Positions 15,771-24,140 of a stretch of 53,506 nucleotides of DNA are shown here, one piece after another. The notes below the pieces were generated by a model that saw only the letters and a list, made by a program, of their open reading frames with translations, did not search any database and was not told where the DNA came from. Made by a program: the position numbers and the translations under genes. Numbering within the stretch: position 1 is the first letter of the stretch; the number at the start of each line of letters is the position of its first letter. Origin of the DNA: Bacteroidota bacterium (GTDB taxonomy: Bacteria; Bacteroidota; Bacteroidia; NS11-12g; UBA9320); the NCBI GenBank assembly GCA_024645005.1, contig JAHEGS010000013.1, forward strand, positions 1 through 53,506. Reading direction: 5' to 3'.

Positions 15771-17840
15771 TTAATGATCGACCAACAACAATTGGCTTTG
15801 GCCCGAATCCAATACAATTAAATACATTCCAGGAACCTGGCCCGATAAGTCTATTCCCTTATCCCTACTGATTTCAAACTCTCCTAAAAATTGACCCTCC
15901 ATTGAGAACATTCGAGCCACTTCAACAGAGTCGCTTGAAAGGTATACCCTATCATTTGCGGGATTTGGGAAAAGTTTACCCAAACAACAGGACTCATCTA
16001 CCCAAGATTCGGCTAATTTCACAGCTTGAAAAGCATCTATTTTACCATATCCCCATTGGGTACTTCCCGAATCGGAAATGATTCCAGTATGTTGATCTTG
16101 ACGTGCAGTTAATTTTAAAATTTCTTTTACCTCAGCATAATCCAATCGTGGATTTGCCTGCAACATTAATGCAACTACACCCGCAACAACTGGACTACTC
16201 ATGCTTGTCCCTGAAAATCGGGAGAATGGATAATTTTTGCCTTCAAAACGTGCGTTCAACAGCAAATCATAATTTCGATCTGTAAAAGATGACACACTAC
16301 TAGCAACACTCACTCCTGGAGCCGAAATATCGGGTTTCATTCGCTCGTCTATGGTTGGACCAATACTACTAAAATCAGCTCTGAACCCTCCAGTGCTTAC
16401 CCCATTGGATAAGGTAAATTCAGACCGGTATGCTGCCACAGTGATTACAGATGCTGTACTAGCTGGCTCACCCAATCCATATAAATTATCCCCCTCAACC
16501 CATCCATCCATGTCAGGTGAAAAAGGCATCCCCCAATTCCCGACATCCGTGGTCAGCTCCGTGACATTGTAAAAATGGACCGTTCCTTTTTCAGCACATG
16601 CTTTTAATCCAATTCGCAATTGAGTATTCGTATTTTTTATTCGCAATCGGATAGTCGGTTTCTTATTCAATGGGTGAATTTCATCTACCGCTGCATTAAA
16701 AAAAATTGTATCAGACTGAACAACCACAAATGAATCGATATAATAAGAGCCTTTGGTATCGAAATACGGAGAATTATACAAGGTATTCTTTGCATTATCA
16801 TACACTGTAAATCCTCCACTAAACTGTTGATTTTCTTGACCCCACATTCCTATACTTTGTCCCCACATATTGGGATTATTCCCATAGCTATAAAATTCAA
16901 TTCTAGATTGAATGGTATCCTGATCGAATGTTTTTTTGATATGAAAATTCACATCTCCATTATTCCCTCCTGATGTTACAAACACAACACCCTCGCGGGA
17001 CAAGTAATTAATGGCTTGACTAACCAGAGAGGTTCCATCCAATGGCCCAAGGTTGTACAGCCCCCAGCTCATGTTAATCACCAGTCGCTTGTTTAACTCA
17101 TCCGCTTTTCTTTTCATCCAATTGAAAGCATCAATTACAGCCGCTTCATCCACCAAGAAAGTAGTCAATAAAAAATCTGCTTCATATGCCACACCTCGAT
17201 GAACTGTTTCCGCTCCTCCACCACCAGCTATTCCCGTCACGTGTGTGCCATGCGTAGCATAACCATAAATATTAACGGTATCTTTTTGAGCAGCAAGCAA
17301 TTCCTCTTCACCCTCATATTCTGTTCCATAATTAAAGCCATCAGGAGCAGGACCACTTTTCTTAAACTGATCCCATGCCGCCAAAATTCGAGTATGCTGA
17401 ATTGCGGTATCATAAAACATCGGATGCGTATAATCAAAACCCCAGTCGGTCACCCCAATGATGACACCTTTGCCCGTATAACCCATTTCCAACATTTTAC
17501 TGTGATATACACTATCGGCTTTTATATCTGGAATTACACGCTTTAGACTGGGTGCCAACTTATGTGCCAATTGTATATATTCAATTCCTGGCATTTTGCA
17601 TAATTCATCGTATGCATGCTTATCAATCCGAAGGGTTACGATATCTGCAATCTGAGAACCCACCTTACCTCCCACATTTTGAATATAAGAGACATCAAAT
17701 TCATCATTTATTTTTAGAATGACAGGAATTCTATCTGAATCCCATTGCTGAATATCAAATCGTGATGTAGCTGAAATTTGACTTTGAGCTATTCCCAAAT
17801 AGAAGATGAATAATCCTAAAAATGATAGAAATAAACGCAT
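15771..17840 (-). CDS. S8 (subtilisin-like) serine peptidase with T9SS C-terminal sorting domain
   Basis: Catalytic triad contexts GVTDWGFD (Asp), HGTHVTGIAGG (His) and GTSMSSPVVAG (Ser). C-terminal LFPNPANDRVYL...GMYLIVL T9SS type A domain. Start moved to ATG 17840, which gives a signal peptide MRLFLSFLGLFIFYLGIAQS. Confidence 0.85.
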   Translation of the reverse strand: MRLFLSFLGLFIFYLGIAQSQISATSRFDIQQWDSDRIPVILKINDEFDVSYIQNVGGKVGSQIADIVTLRIDKHAYDELCKMPGIEYIQLAHKLAPSLKRVIPDIKADSVYHSKMLEMGYTGKGVIIGVTDWGFDYTHPMFYDTAIQHTRILAAWDQFKKSGPAPDGFNYGTEYEGEEELLAAQKDTVNIYGYATHGTHVTGIAGGGGAETVHRGVAYEADFLLTTFLVDEAAVIDAFNWMKRKADELNKRLVINMSWGLYNLGPLDGTSLVSQAINYLSREGVVFVTSGGNNGDVNFHIKKTFDQDTIQSRIEFYSYGNNPNMWGQSIGMWGQENQQFSGGFTVYDNAKNTLYNSPYFDTKGSYYIDSFVVVQSDTIFFNAAVDEIHPLNKKPTIRLRIKNTNTQLRIGLKACAEKGTVHFYNVTELTTDVGNWGMPFSPDMDGWVEGDNLYGLGEPASTASVITVAAYRSEFTLSNGVSTGGFRADFSSIGPTIDERMKPDISAPGVSVASSVSSFTDRNYDLLLNARFEGKNYPFSRFSGTSMSSPVVAGVVALMLQANPRLDYAEVKEILKLTARQDQHTGIISDSGSTQWGYGKIDAFQAVKLAESWVDESCCLGKLFPNPANDRVYLSSDSVEVARMFSMEGQFLGEFEISRDKGIDLSGQVPGMYLIVLDSGQSQLLLVDH

Positions 17841-17907
17841 TCTGATTGTTCGAAGATAATCGTTTAAAATGACTGCCAATCAATTCAGAAATAAATCTGA
17901 GTACAGA

Positions 17908-19443
17908 TTAAACCAAACCGCTCAAAAGTGCTTTCATGCTGACCTCTTTTTCGATAATTGTATGAAGCTCCTCCAAAGAAATACGCTTTTGATCCATTGT
18001 GTCCCTATATCGAATGGTTACGGTTTGATCGTTCAAACTATCGTGATCGACGGTAATACAAATAGGAGTTCCGATAGCATCTTGTCTTCTGTATCGCTTA
18101 CCGATACTATCCTTTTCTTCGTAGTAGCAATTAAAATCGAGGCTCAAATCTTTCATGATTTTTTTAGCCAATTCGGGTAATCCATCTTTTTTCACCAAAG
18201 GCAAAATAGCACACTGAAATGGCGATAATGCTGGGGGTAGTTTCAGAACCGTTCGCGATTGACCTTCTCCCAAATCTTCGGTTTGCAATGCATTACTCAT
18301 GAGGACTAAAAATATCCGATCCAAACCAATACTGGTTTCTACTACATAAGGGACGTAGCTCTCATTTTTCTCATTATCGAAATATTGTAATTTTTTGCCT
18401 GTAGCCAATTCATGTTGTTTCAAATCGAAGTCGGTACGAGAATGGATACCCTCCACTTCTTTAAATCCAAATGGAAAATCATACTCAATATCTACAGCTG
18501 CATTGGCGTAATGTGCTAGCTTGACATGATCATGAAAACGGTATTTTGATTCGTCAATCCCTAGATTGAGGTGCCATTTCATTCGATGGTCTTTCCAATG
18601 CTGATACCATTCCATCTCCTCCCCTGGGGATACAAAAAACTGCATCTCCATTTGCTCAAATTCCTTCATTCGCATGATAAATTGCCGAGCAACTATCTCA
18701 TTTCTAAACGCTTTTCCGGTTTGAGCGATTCCAAAAGGCAGTTTCATACGACCGGTCTTTTGCACGTTCAGGTAATTAACAAAAATCCCTTGAGCCGTTT
18801 CGGGTCTCAAGTATATTTTGTTGTCTCCATCAGTAGCACTCATTTGGGTGCTATACATCAAATTAAACTGACGAACATCCGTCCAATTCTTACTTCCACT
18901 CACGGGACAAGCAATTCCCAATTCTTCAATCAGTTCTTTCACCAAGTGAAGATTTCCCGATTCCAAACCCGCTTTCAATCGTTCATCAATAGCTGCTATT
19001 TTAGCATTATTCCGAGCAATATTCGGATTGGTTGCCACAAACTGTTCAAGGTCAAAGTCGTCTCCAAAGCGTTTTTTGGCTTTGGTAATCTCTTTTTGAT
19101 TTTTTTGTCTGTATTTCTCTTGGTAGTCTTCTATGAGCACATCTGCACGATAGCGTTTTTTAGAGTCCTTATTGTCAATCATCGGATCACTAAACCCATC
19201 TACGTGACCACTCGCCTTCCATACTTGGGGTGCCATGAATATGGCTGCATCGATACCTACGATGTTTTCGTGAAGCTGCACCATGCTTTTCCACCAGTAC
19301 TCCCGAATATTTTTTTTCAATTCGACCCCATTTTGGCCGTAATCATACACAGCCGCAAGACCGTCATAGATTTCGCTACTCAAAAAAACAAAGCCATACT
19401 CCTTGGCATGAGAGATGACACTTTTAAAATGTTCTTCAGACAT
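17908..19443 (-). CDS. glyQS: glycine--tRNA ligase (class II, homodimeric type)
   Basis: 511 aa; N-terminus ...AKEYGFVFLSSEIYDGLAAVYDYGQNGVELKKNI and the class II motifs are collinear with GlyQS. Confidence 0.95.
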   Translation of the reverse strand: MSEEHFKSVISHAKEYGFVFLSSEIYDGLAAVYDYGQNGVELKKNIREYWWKSMVQLHENIVGIDAAIFMAPQVWKASGHVDGFSDPMIDNKDSKKRYRADVLIEDYQEKYRQKNQKEITKAKKRFGDDFDLEQFVATNPNIARNNAKIAAIDERLKAGLESGNLHLVKELIEELGIACPVSGSKNWTDVRQFNLMYSTQMSATDGDNKIYLRPETAQGIFVNYLNVQKTGRMKLPFGIAQTGKAFRNEIVARQFIMRMKEFEQMEMQFFVSPGEEMEWYQHWKDHRMKWHLNLGIDESKYRFHDHVKLAHYANAAVDIEYDFPFGFKEVEGIHSRTDFDLKQHELATGKKLQYFDNEKNESYVPYVVETSIGLDRIFLVLMSNALQTEDLGEGQSRTVLKLPPALSPFQCAILPLVKKDGLPELAKKIMKDLSLDFNCYYEEKDSIGKRYRRQDAIGTPICITVDHDSLNDQTVTIRYRDTMDQKRISLEELHTIIEKEVSMKALLSGLV

Positions 19444-19447
19444 ATTG

Positions 19448-19455
19448 CAAATTTA
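19448..19455 (-). promoter_or_regulatory. -7 promoter box TAAATTTG, 4 nt from the glyQS ATG
   Basis: Reverse strand reads TAAATTTG-CAAT-ATG. Confidence 0.45.
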
Positions 19456-19699
19456 TTTAACCTATCCTTAAACCCTAATGAAATATAAAACGGAGTAGTA
19501 TTTTCTCTAGTTAAAAGGAATTGGTGGGAGTTGATTAGCTTTGGTTCTATTTTTAATTGAGTAAATATCTCCACTTTACCTTCCACTACTTTTGCAAAAA
19601 ATTGTCAAGTTTAAATTGAATCTTACGGAGAATTCGCCGCAATGATATTTTTTTGTATTCTTTTTCTTTTGACTTAATAAAACCTATTCTTAGTTCTTC

Positions 19700-20336
19700 T
19701 TAATTTGCAGGAATACATTGATATGTTTTAACATCTATAAATCTTGGAGAACCTTCATATTCTTTTCTAGCAACGAGTATCGAATCCGCGTTTTTCTCGC
19801 TAAACCACTCTTTTTCTATTGAATTAATTGGTGCACAATTAGTGTGAGCATGTAAAATTTCTAAACTCACATATCTTGCCAAAGCAATCATCCCATCAGA
19901 AAAAAACCTATAACAATCAACGGGAAAACGATGTTCTCTAAAACCATTAGGTGCTATAATGCACATAAGACCATCTTTTTTCAATATACGAGTCATCTCT
20001 GACATAGTTATCCAAAAAAACTCAATATGTTCAAAAGCTTGACCAGATATAACAATATCATAACTGTCTGTTTTTATTGTTGACCAATCATACGGTCTTT
20101 CTATTACAATATCTACATTAGGCCCTTCCTCCATATCTAAGCCATCATACTCATAATTGCTATCCGAAAACAATCCTTTATAAGTTCCATTTACACCATA
20201 GCTTCCAACATCTAAAACTTTTATATTCTTTTTTTTAATCTTTGAGGCGAATTGGTGTACAAACTACTCCATTCTGATCATTGAACTTTTGTGCATATTC
20301 TATTATTTTATTAGTTTTATTATTTAATTTTTTCAT
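19700..20336 (-). pseudogene. class I SAM-dependent methyltransferase, apparently frameshifted
   Basis: The track ORF 19700-20173 begins at an internal TTG. The same frame stays open upstream to 20263 and encodes SAM motif I (KVLDVGSYGVNG) but has no ATG/GTG/TTG. An ATG ORF in another frame (20336-20235, MKKLNNKTNKIIEYAQKFNDQNGVVCTPIRLKD*) supplies a plausible N-terminus. Confidence 0.55.
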
Positions 20337-20467
20337 TGTCTTTTTCTGATTCCCCAACGTTCAACATATAAGTGATGGATACCAACCACTCCAAAAACAC
20401 CCGATAGAATTACTGCCGTGGTGTATCTTTTCTCTGACTTAATTTACTGATTGTTTTCTTGTGTCAT
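20333..20467 (-). pseudogene. possible TM2-domain mini-protein remnant with in-frame TAA
   Basis: The reverse-strand frame reads MTQENNQ*IKSEKRYTTAVILSGVFGVVGIHHLYVERWGIRKRQ*. The part after the stop resembles the first helix of TM2 domains (K-S..K....A..L...FG..G.H..Y). Its TGA overlaps the methyltransferase ATG (ATGA). Confidence 0.25.
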
Positions 20468-20633
20468 TTTGAGTTTAATTACATTGTCAACTGCAATGAT
20501 AGCCAAACCATGTATTCATAATTCAACCTCTTACCAATTTTACAAAGAGATTACAAAAAAATTATTCCCCCTTCCACCTCTCGCTCAACACCAAAATGAA
20601 TAAAATCTAACCAGATGGGTTTTCTTTGTTGTA

Positions 20634-21962
20634 TTGAAATTGATAAAAAAGGACTTTTTCAAAAATGCGGGTCTTCTTTTTAGTGGATCACTCATTGCTC
20701 AAATCATCGGATTTGGGGCATTGTACTTTTTGGGTAGAATGTATTCCCCCGAAGATTTTGGTGAGATCGAAACCATCATGAAACTGGCTGGTGTCTTTAT
20801 TGCCATCGCTGGACTACGATACGAAATGGCCATTGTCGTTGAAAATGACTCCAATCAAGCCAAAGACATCCTGCGTTTGAGCTTGTTTTTAAATTTGACA
20901 ATCAGTGCTATCATCCTGGGTGTTGTGATGTGTTTTAAAAACACAATGGGCGTTTTTTTTAATCTCAACAATCCCAACTTACTATTTGGTATTCCGCTTA
21001 TCGTATGGATCACAAGCAGTACCGAATCCATTATCCTATGGCACAACCGAATTAAAAAATTCAATACCATTTCGAGTAATCGTGTATTGTTTTCTGCTTC
21101 AGGAACAGGATACAAATTGATGCATCCCTTTGCCCCCTTGCTGAATGGAAATGGATTATTTATCGGTCAAATTGTGGGGCAATCGATCGCTTTACTGCAC
21201 CTGCTCTACAAATTACCTGTTCGATTGTTCCACACCTCCAAACAGAACTTGCTAAACCTCGCAAAATCCTATCGGTCTTTTGCTTTTTTTAGCTCCCCAG
21301 CAGCCATTCTAAATATTTTGGCAACGAGTATGCCCGTGTTTGTGATATCCGCATTGGATGGACAACAAGCCACCGGATACTTCGGAAATGCCTATAAACT
21401 GACCTACCTTCCGATGAGCATGTTGTCATTGGCAGTTGGTCAAGTGTTTTTTGAGCGAATCGCTCGCATTCGCGATCAAAAAGAAAATGCCAGTCAAATG
21501 GCTCATCAATTGGTAAACACCTTGTTTTTCATAGGAATCATCCCCATAATTATCCTATTGGTTTGGGGAGATGGCATTGCTCCACTTATTCTGGGTAGTC
21601 AATGGGAAGAGACCGGGATATACATTCAAATTATGATTCTCTTCTATTTCACGATGTTTTTGACCAGTTCGTTTAGTAGTGCATTTGAAACATATCAAAA
21701 GCTCAAAGTTCAGCTTGGATATAATTTCATTTTTCTTGCAAGCACTTTTGGTGCATTGTATCTCGGATATACCCTAGGAGGAAACACCCGAACTGCACTC
21801 GCATGGTTTGCCGGGGTTGGGATTGTACTTCGGTTGGCTATTCTCAATTATTTCTTTGTCTTATTTGGTAAAAACTTGATTGCAAAAACCATATTTGCAA
21901 TACTAATTACTGGAGTTTTGGCGTATTTAGGGTTCTCCCTCAAAGGCGTTTTACTCCCCTAA
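20634..21962 (+). CDS. oligosaccharide/polysaccharide flippase (Wzx-like, MOP superfamily)
   Basis: 442 aa with about 12 predicted TM helices and the N-terminal KNAGLLFSGSLIAQIIGF pattern of polysaccharide biosynthesis (Wzx) proteins. TTG start as given by the track; exact start uncertain. Confidence 0.75.
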   Translation: MKLIKKDFFKNAGLLFSGSLIAQIIGFGALYFLGRMYSPEDFGEIETIMKLAGVFIAIAGLRYEMAIVVENDSNQAKDILRLSLFLNLTISAIILGVVMCFKNTMGVFFNLNNPNLLFGIPLIVWITSSTESIILWHNRIKKFNTISSNRVLFSASGTGYKLMHPFAPLLNGNGLFIGQIVGQSIALLHLLYKLPVRLFHTSKQNLLNLAKSYRSFAFFSSPAAILNILATSMPVFVISALDGQQATGYFGNAYKLTYLPMSMLSLAVGQVFFERIARIRDQKENASQMAHQLVNTLFFIGIIPIIILLVWGDGIAPLILGSQWEETGIYIQIMILFYFTMFLTSSFSSAFETYQKLKVQLGYNFIFLASTFGALYLGYTLGGNTRTALAWFAGVGIVLRLAILNYFFVLFGKNLIAKTIFAILITGVLAYLGFSLKGVLLP

Positions 21963-21963
21963 C

Positions 21964-22557
21964 ATGAGAAAGGTTTTAAAATATATCAGTGGCAAACTGG
22001 ATGATAACATCCTTCGAGTTTTTGTCAAATGGTTGTGGCCACAATACAAACGACCTCGTCATGGATACATGAAAAACTATCAGGTATTGAAGCAGTATTT
22101 CATTTCTCAAAAGATACTTAGAATCAATGGAAGCGTACCTTGGCCTGTGGACTTTAGAAGTAAAATTGTAGGTTGGGAATCCATTCAAAAAGGGATTTGT
22201 TCTGATCCAGGTGACAATCCAGGCATATACATCAACGCTAGTGGCGGTTTGAAATTGGGCAATAATGTAAATATTGGTCAGAATTCGATTCTAACAACAA
22301 CCAACCACTACAAATATGATCACCGCAAAAAAAGCCACACCAAAGGAATTGAAATTGGAGATAATGTTTGGATTGGTGCCAATGTAAGCATCGTAGCGGG
22401 TTCATCTATTGGCGACAATGTAACCATTGGTGCCGGTTGTTTTATAAGGGGTTCCATCCCGAGTAATTGCACCGTTATCGTTGGTGAAAAATCGCATGAT
22501 ATCATCCCAAAAACCAAAGATTATGAATGGGACTGCACAAAAGATGAATTGGGTTAA
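21964..22557 (+). CDS. hexapeptide-repeat (left-handed beta-helix) acyl/acetyltransferase
   Basis: Tandem hexapeptide repeats (IGDNVWIGANVSIVAGSSIGDNVTIGAGCFI). Starts 1 nt after the flippase stop. Confidence 0.8.
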   Translation: MRKVLKYISGKLDDNILRVFVKWLWPQYKRPRHGYMKNYQVLKQYFISQKILRINGSVPWPVDFRSKIVGWESIQKGICSDPGDNPGIYINASGGLKLGNNVNIGQNSILTTTNHYKYDHRKKSHTKGIEIGDNVWIGANVSIVAGSSIGDNVTIGAGCFIRGSIPSNCTVIVGEKSHDIIPKTKDYEWDCTKDELG

Positions 22558-22611
22558 ATGTCCAATCTCTAAAAAATACACCTCAGAGGTGCATAAAATC
22601 AATATTAATAT

Positions 22612-22619
22612 TACTTTTG
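22612..22619 (+). promoter_or_regulatory. -7 promoter box TACTTTTG for rpsT
   Basis: Exact TAnnTTTG, 21 nt upstream of ATG 22641. Confidence 0.55.
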
Positions 22620-22640
22620 CAGACCTTTTTTAAGAATAAA

Positions 22641-22895
22641 ATGGCAAATCATAAAAGCACATTAAAAAGAATACGCAGTAACGAGGCAAAAACTGCTCGA
22701 AATAAGTATCAGCACAAAACCGCTCGAACTTGGATTAAAAAAGTTCGTTTGTCAGAGGATAAAACTGAGGCAGATAAAATCATGCGTGAGACTTTCTCCA
22801 AACTAGACAAACTGGTAAAGAAGAACATTATTCACAAAAACAAAGCAGCTAACCTCAAAAGTAAGCTTGCTAAGCATGTGAAATCTTTAGGATAA
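22641..22895 (+). CDS. rpsT: 30S ribosomal protein S20
   Basis: MANHKSTLKRIRSNEAKTARNKYQHKTAR is the canonical S20 N-terminus. The track start at 22617 is the TTG inside the -7 promoter box. Confidence 0.95.
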   Translation: MANHKSTLKRIRSNEAKTARNKYQHKTARTWIKKVRLSEDKTEADKIMRETFSKLDKLVKKNIIHKNKAANLKSKLAKHVKSLG

Positions 22896-22920
22896 TTTCC
22901 CTAAGAAAACAATATTTTTG

Positions 22921-22950
22921 AAGCCTTCTGTGTGAGCAGAAGGCTTTTTT
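22921..22950 (+). terminator. rho-independent terminator after rpsT
   Basis: Perfect 10-bp stem AAGCCTTCTG/CAGAAGGCTT, 6-nt loop, then a T-run. Confidence 0.75.
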
Positions 22951-22951
22951 A

Positions 22952-23653
22952 TTGATTAAAAACTTGACGGACTATATCTCTATAAAAAACTGGGCAGACG
23001 ATGACAAGCCTCGTGAAAAACTGGCAAACCAAGACAGATCTGTACTCAGTAATGCCGGATTGATTGCCATACTCCTTTCCAATGATACCAAGAACAAATC
23101 GGCACTGGACCTCGCACGCGAAATTCTTCAGCTTGCAGACAACGACCTGAATACCCTATCCAAAATGGGTATCCGAGATTTGTGTAAAATTGGGGGTATT
23201 GGCCCAGCAAAAGCCATCAGCTTAATTGCGGCAATAGAGCTAGGAGGACGAAGAAAAAGAGCCCAGCAAACGACCAATATCATTAAAAGTAGCAAGGATG
23301 CCTACCATTTTTTTAAACCTCTTCTGCAAGATAAAAACTACGAAGAATTTTGGGTGCTTCTATTGAGTAACAATCATTCCATTATCAAGCCCTATCAGGT
23401 GAGTGATGGAGGAATTGCACAAACGATCGTTGACCCCAAACGGGTATTCAAGGCAGCTTTAGAACACAACACCTCAAGTCTCATCTTGTGCCACAATCAC
23501 CCCAGTGGCAATCTCAATCCAAGTCAAGCTGATATTAAACTCACCCAAAAATTAATTCAGGCAAGTCAGACGCTCGATATCCAAATTTTGGACCACATCA
23601 TCGTTTCAAACACGGGATACTACTCATTTGCAGACGAAGGAAAATTAAAATAA
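22952..23653 (+). CDS. radC: RadC-family JAB/MPN domain protein
   Basis: IKNWADDDKPREKL N-terminal motif, HhH-like LCKIGGIGPAKAISL, and the JAMM motif LCHNHPSGNLNPSQADIKLT. TTG start (22952 or 22964) uncertain. Confidence 0.85.
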   Translation: MIKNLTDYISIKNWADDDKPREKLANQDRSVLSNAGLIAILLSNDTKNKSALDLAREILQLADNDLNTLSKMGIRDLCKIGGIGPAKAISLIAAIELGGRRKRAQQTTNIIKSSKDAYHFFKPLLQDKNYEEFWVLLLSNNHSIIKPYQVSDGGIAQTIVDPKRVFKAALEHNTSSLILCHNHPSGNLNPSQADIKLTQKLIQASQTLDIQILDHIIVSNTGYYSFADEGKLK

Positions 23654-23688
23654 TATACGCTTGGAATAGCTTTTGCAGTTATAGAAGT

Positions 23689-23985
23689 ATGAAAAACTTA
23701 TTAGTAAAAACAACAAGGACAAAAAAGGCGTTAAGTCATGGTTTATGGACAGCCACGCTTATTGGTTTCGCTTTAATGTTTAAACCAACGAATGCAAAAG
23801 CCTCAAATGATGTACATTCTACACTACACACCTGTAGTATAGATTTGAGTGTTACCGCATTGGATTCGAATGAGATAGCACTTCATGAAAATGAAACTCC
23901 AAAAGAAATTGAACACCGAAAACCTAGAAAACGTAAAAGACGTAGACGAAGAAGATTTCTACGCAGAAAATCAAGAGACCAATAG
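23689..23985 (+). CDS. small secreted/membrane-anchored protein with extreme poly-Arg/Lys C-terminal tail
   Basis: 98 aa. Hydrophobic signal-like segment LWTATLIGFALMF...AKA. C-terminus HRKPRKRKRRRRRRFLRRKSRDQ. Followed by its own terminator. Confidence 0.5.
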   Translation: MKNLLVKTTRTKKALSHGLWTATLIGFALMFKPTNAKASNDVHSTLHTCSIDLSVTALDSNEIALHENETPKEIEHRKPRKRKRRRRRRFLRRKSRDQ

Positions 23986-24016
23986 ACATAAAACGTGTAA
24001 TTTTTGTTAAACATCA

Positions 24017-24047
24017 AACGGCTCGCTTAACAAGTGAGCCGTTTTTT
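24017..24047 (+). terminator. rho-independent terminator after the poly-Arg mini-protein gene
   Basis: Stem CGGCTCGC/GTGAGCCG (one G-U pair), 7-nt loop, then TTTTTT. Confidence 0.7.
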
Positions 24048-24118
24048 GTGTGATTATTATGTTGGCAAAACAATTCATAATAGCGACCTTTGAACCCAGA
24101 TTTCTGATTGAGTATCGC

Positions 24119-24126
24119 TACCTTTG
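24119..24126 (+). promoter_or_regulatory. -7 promoter box TACCTTTG for the TPR gene/comA pair
   Basis: Exact TAnnTTTG, 14 nt upstream of ATG 24141 and downstream of the preceding terminator. Confidence 0.5.
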
Positions 24127-24140
24127 GGAAAACCAAAAAC

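Noticed and set aside
18571-19488. 305-aa ORF antisense to glyQS, the longest non-annotated ORF in the window and striking for an AT-rich genome
   Set aside because: It is codon-aligned with the glyQS frame, so its stop codons could only arise from sense TTA, CTA or TCA codons. The run therefore just reflects avoidance of those codons in a highly expressed gene. The product is low-complexity and hydrophobic (F/L/I/H-rich) with no motif. The ORF also runs through the glyQS promoter region with no promoter box of its own.
20229-20240. A8 homopolymer (T8 on the forward strand) at the end of the methyltransferase N-terminal fragment, considered as a programmed or slippage frameshift site
   Set aside because: The upstream frame already hits its TAA (20237-20235) at the very start of the run. 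The frame change must therefore lie between 20263 and 20238, where there is no slippery sequence. A +1 shift at GAT-TAA would need Asp-tRNA re-pairing on AUU, which is implausible. A simple mutation or sequencing error is more likely.
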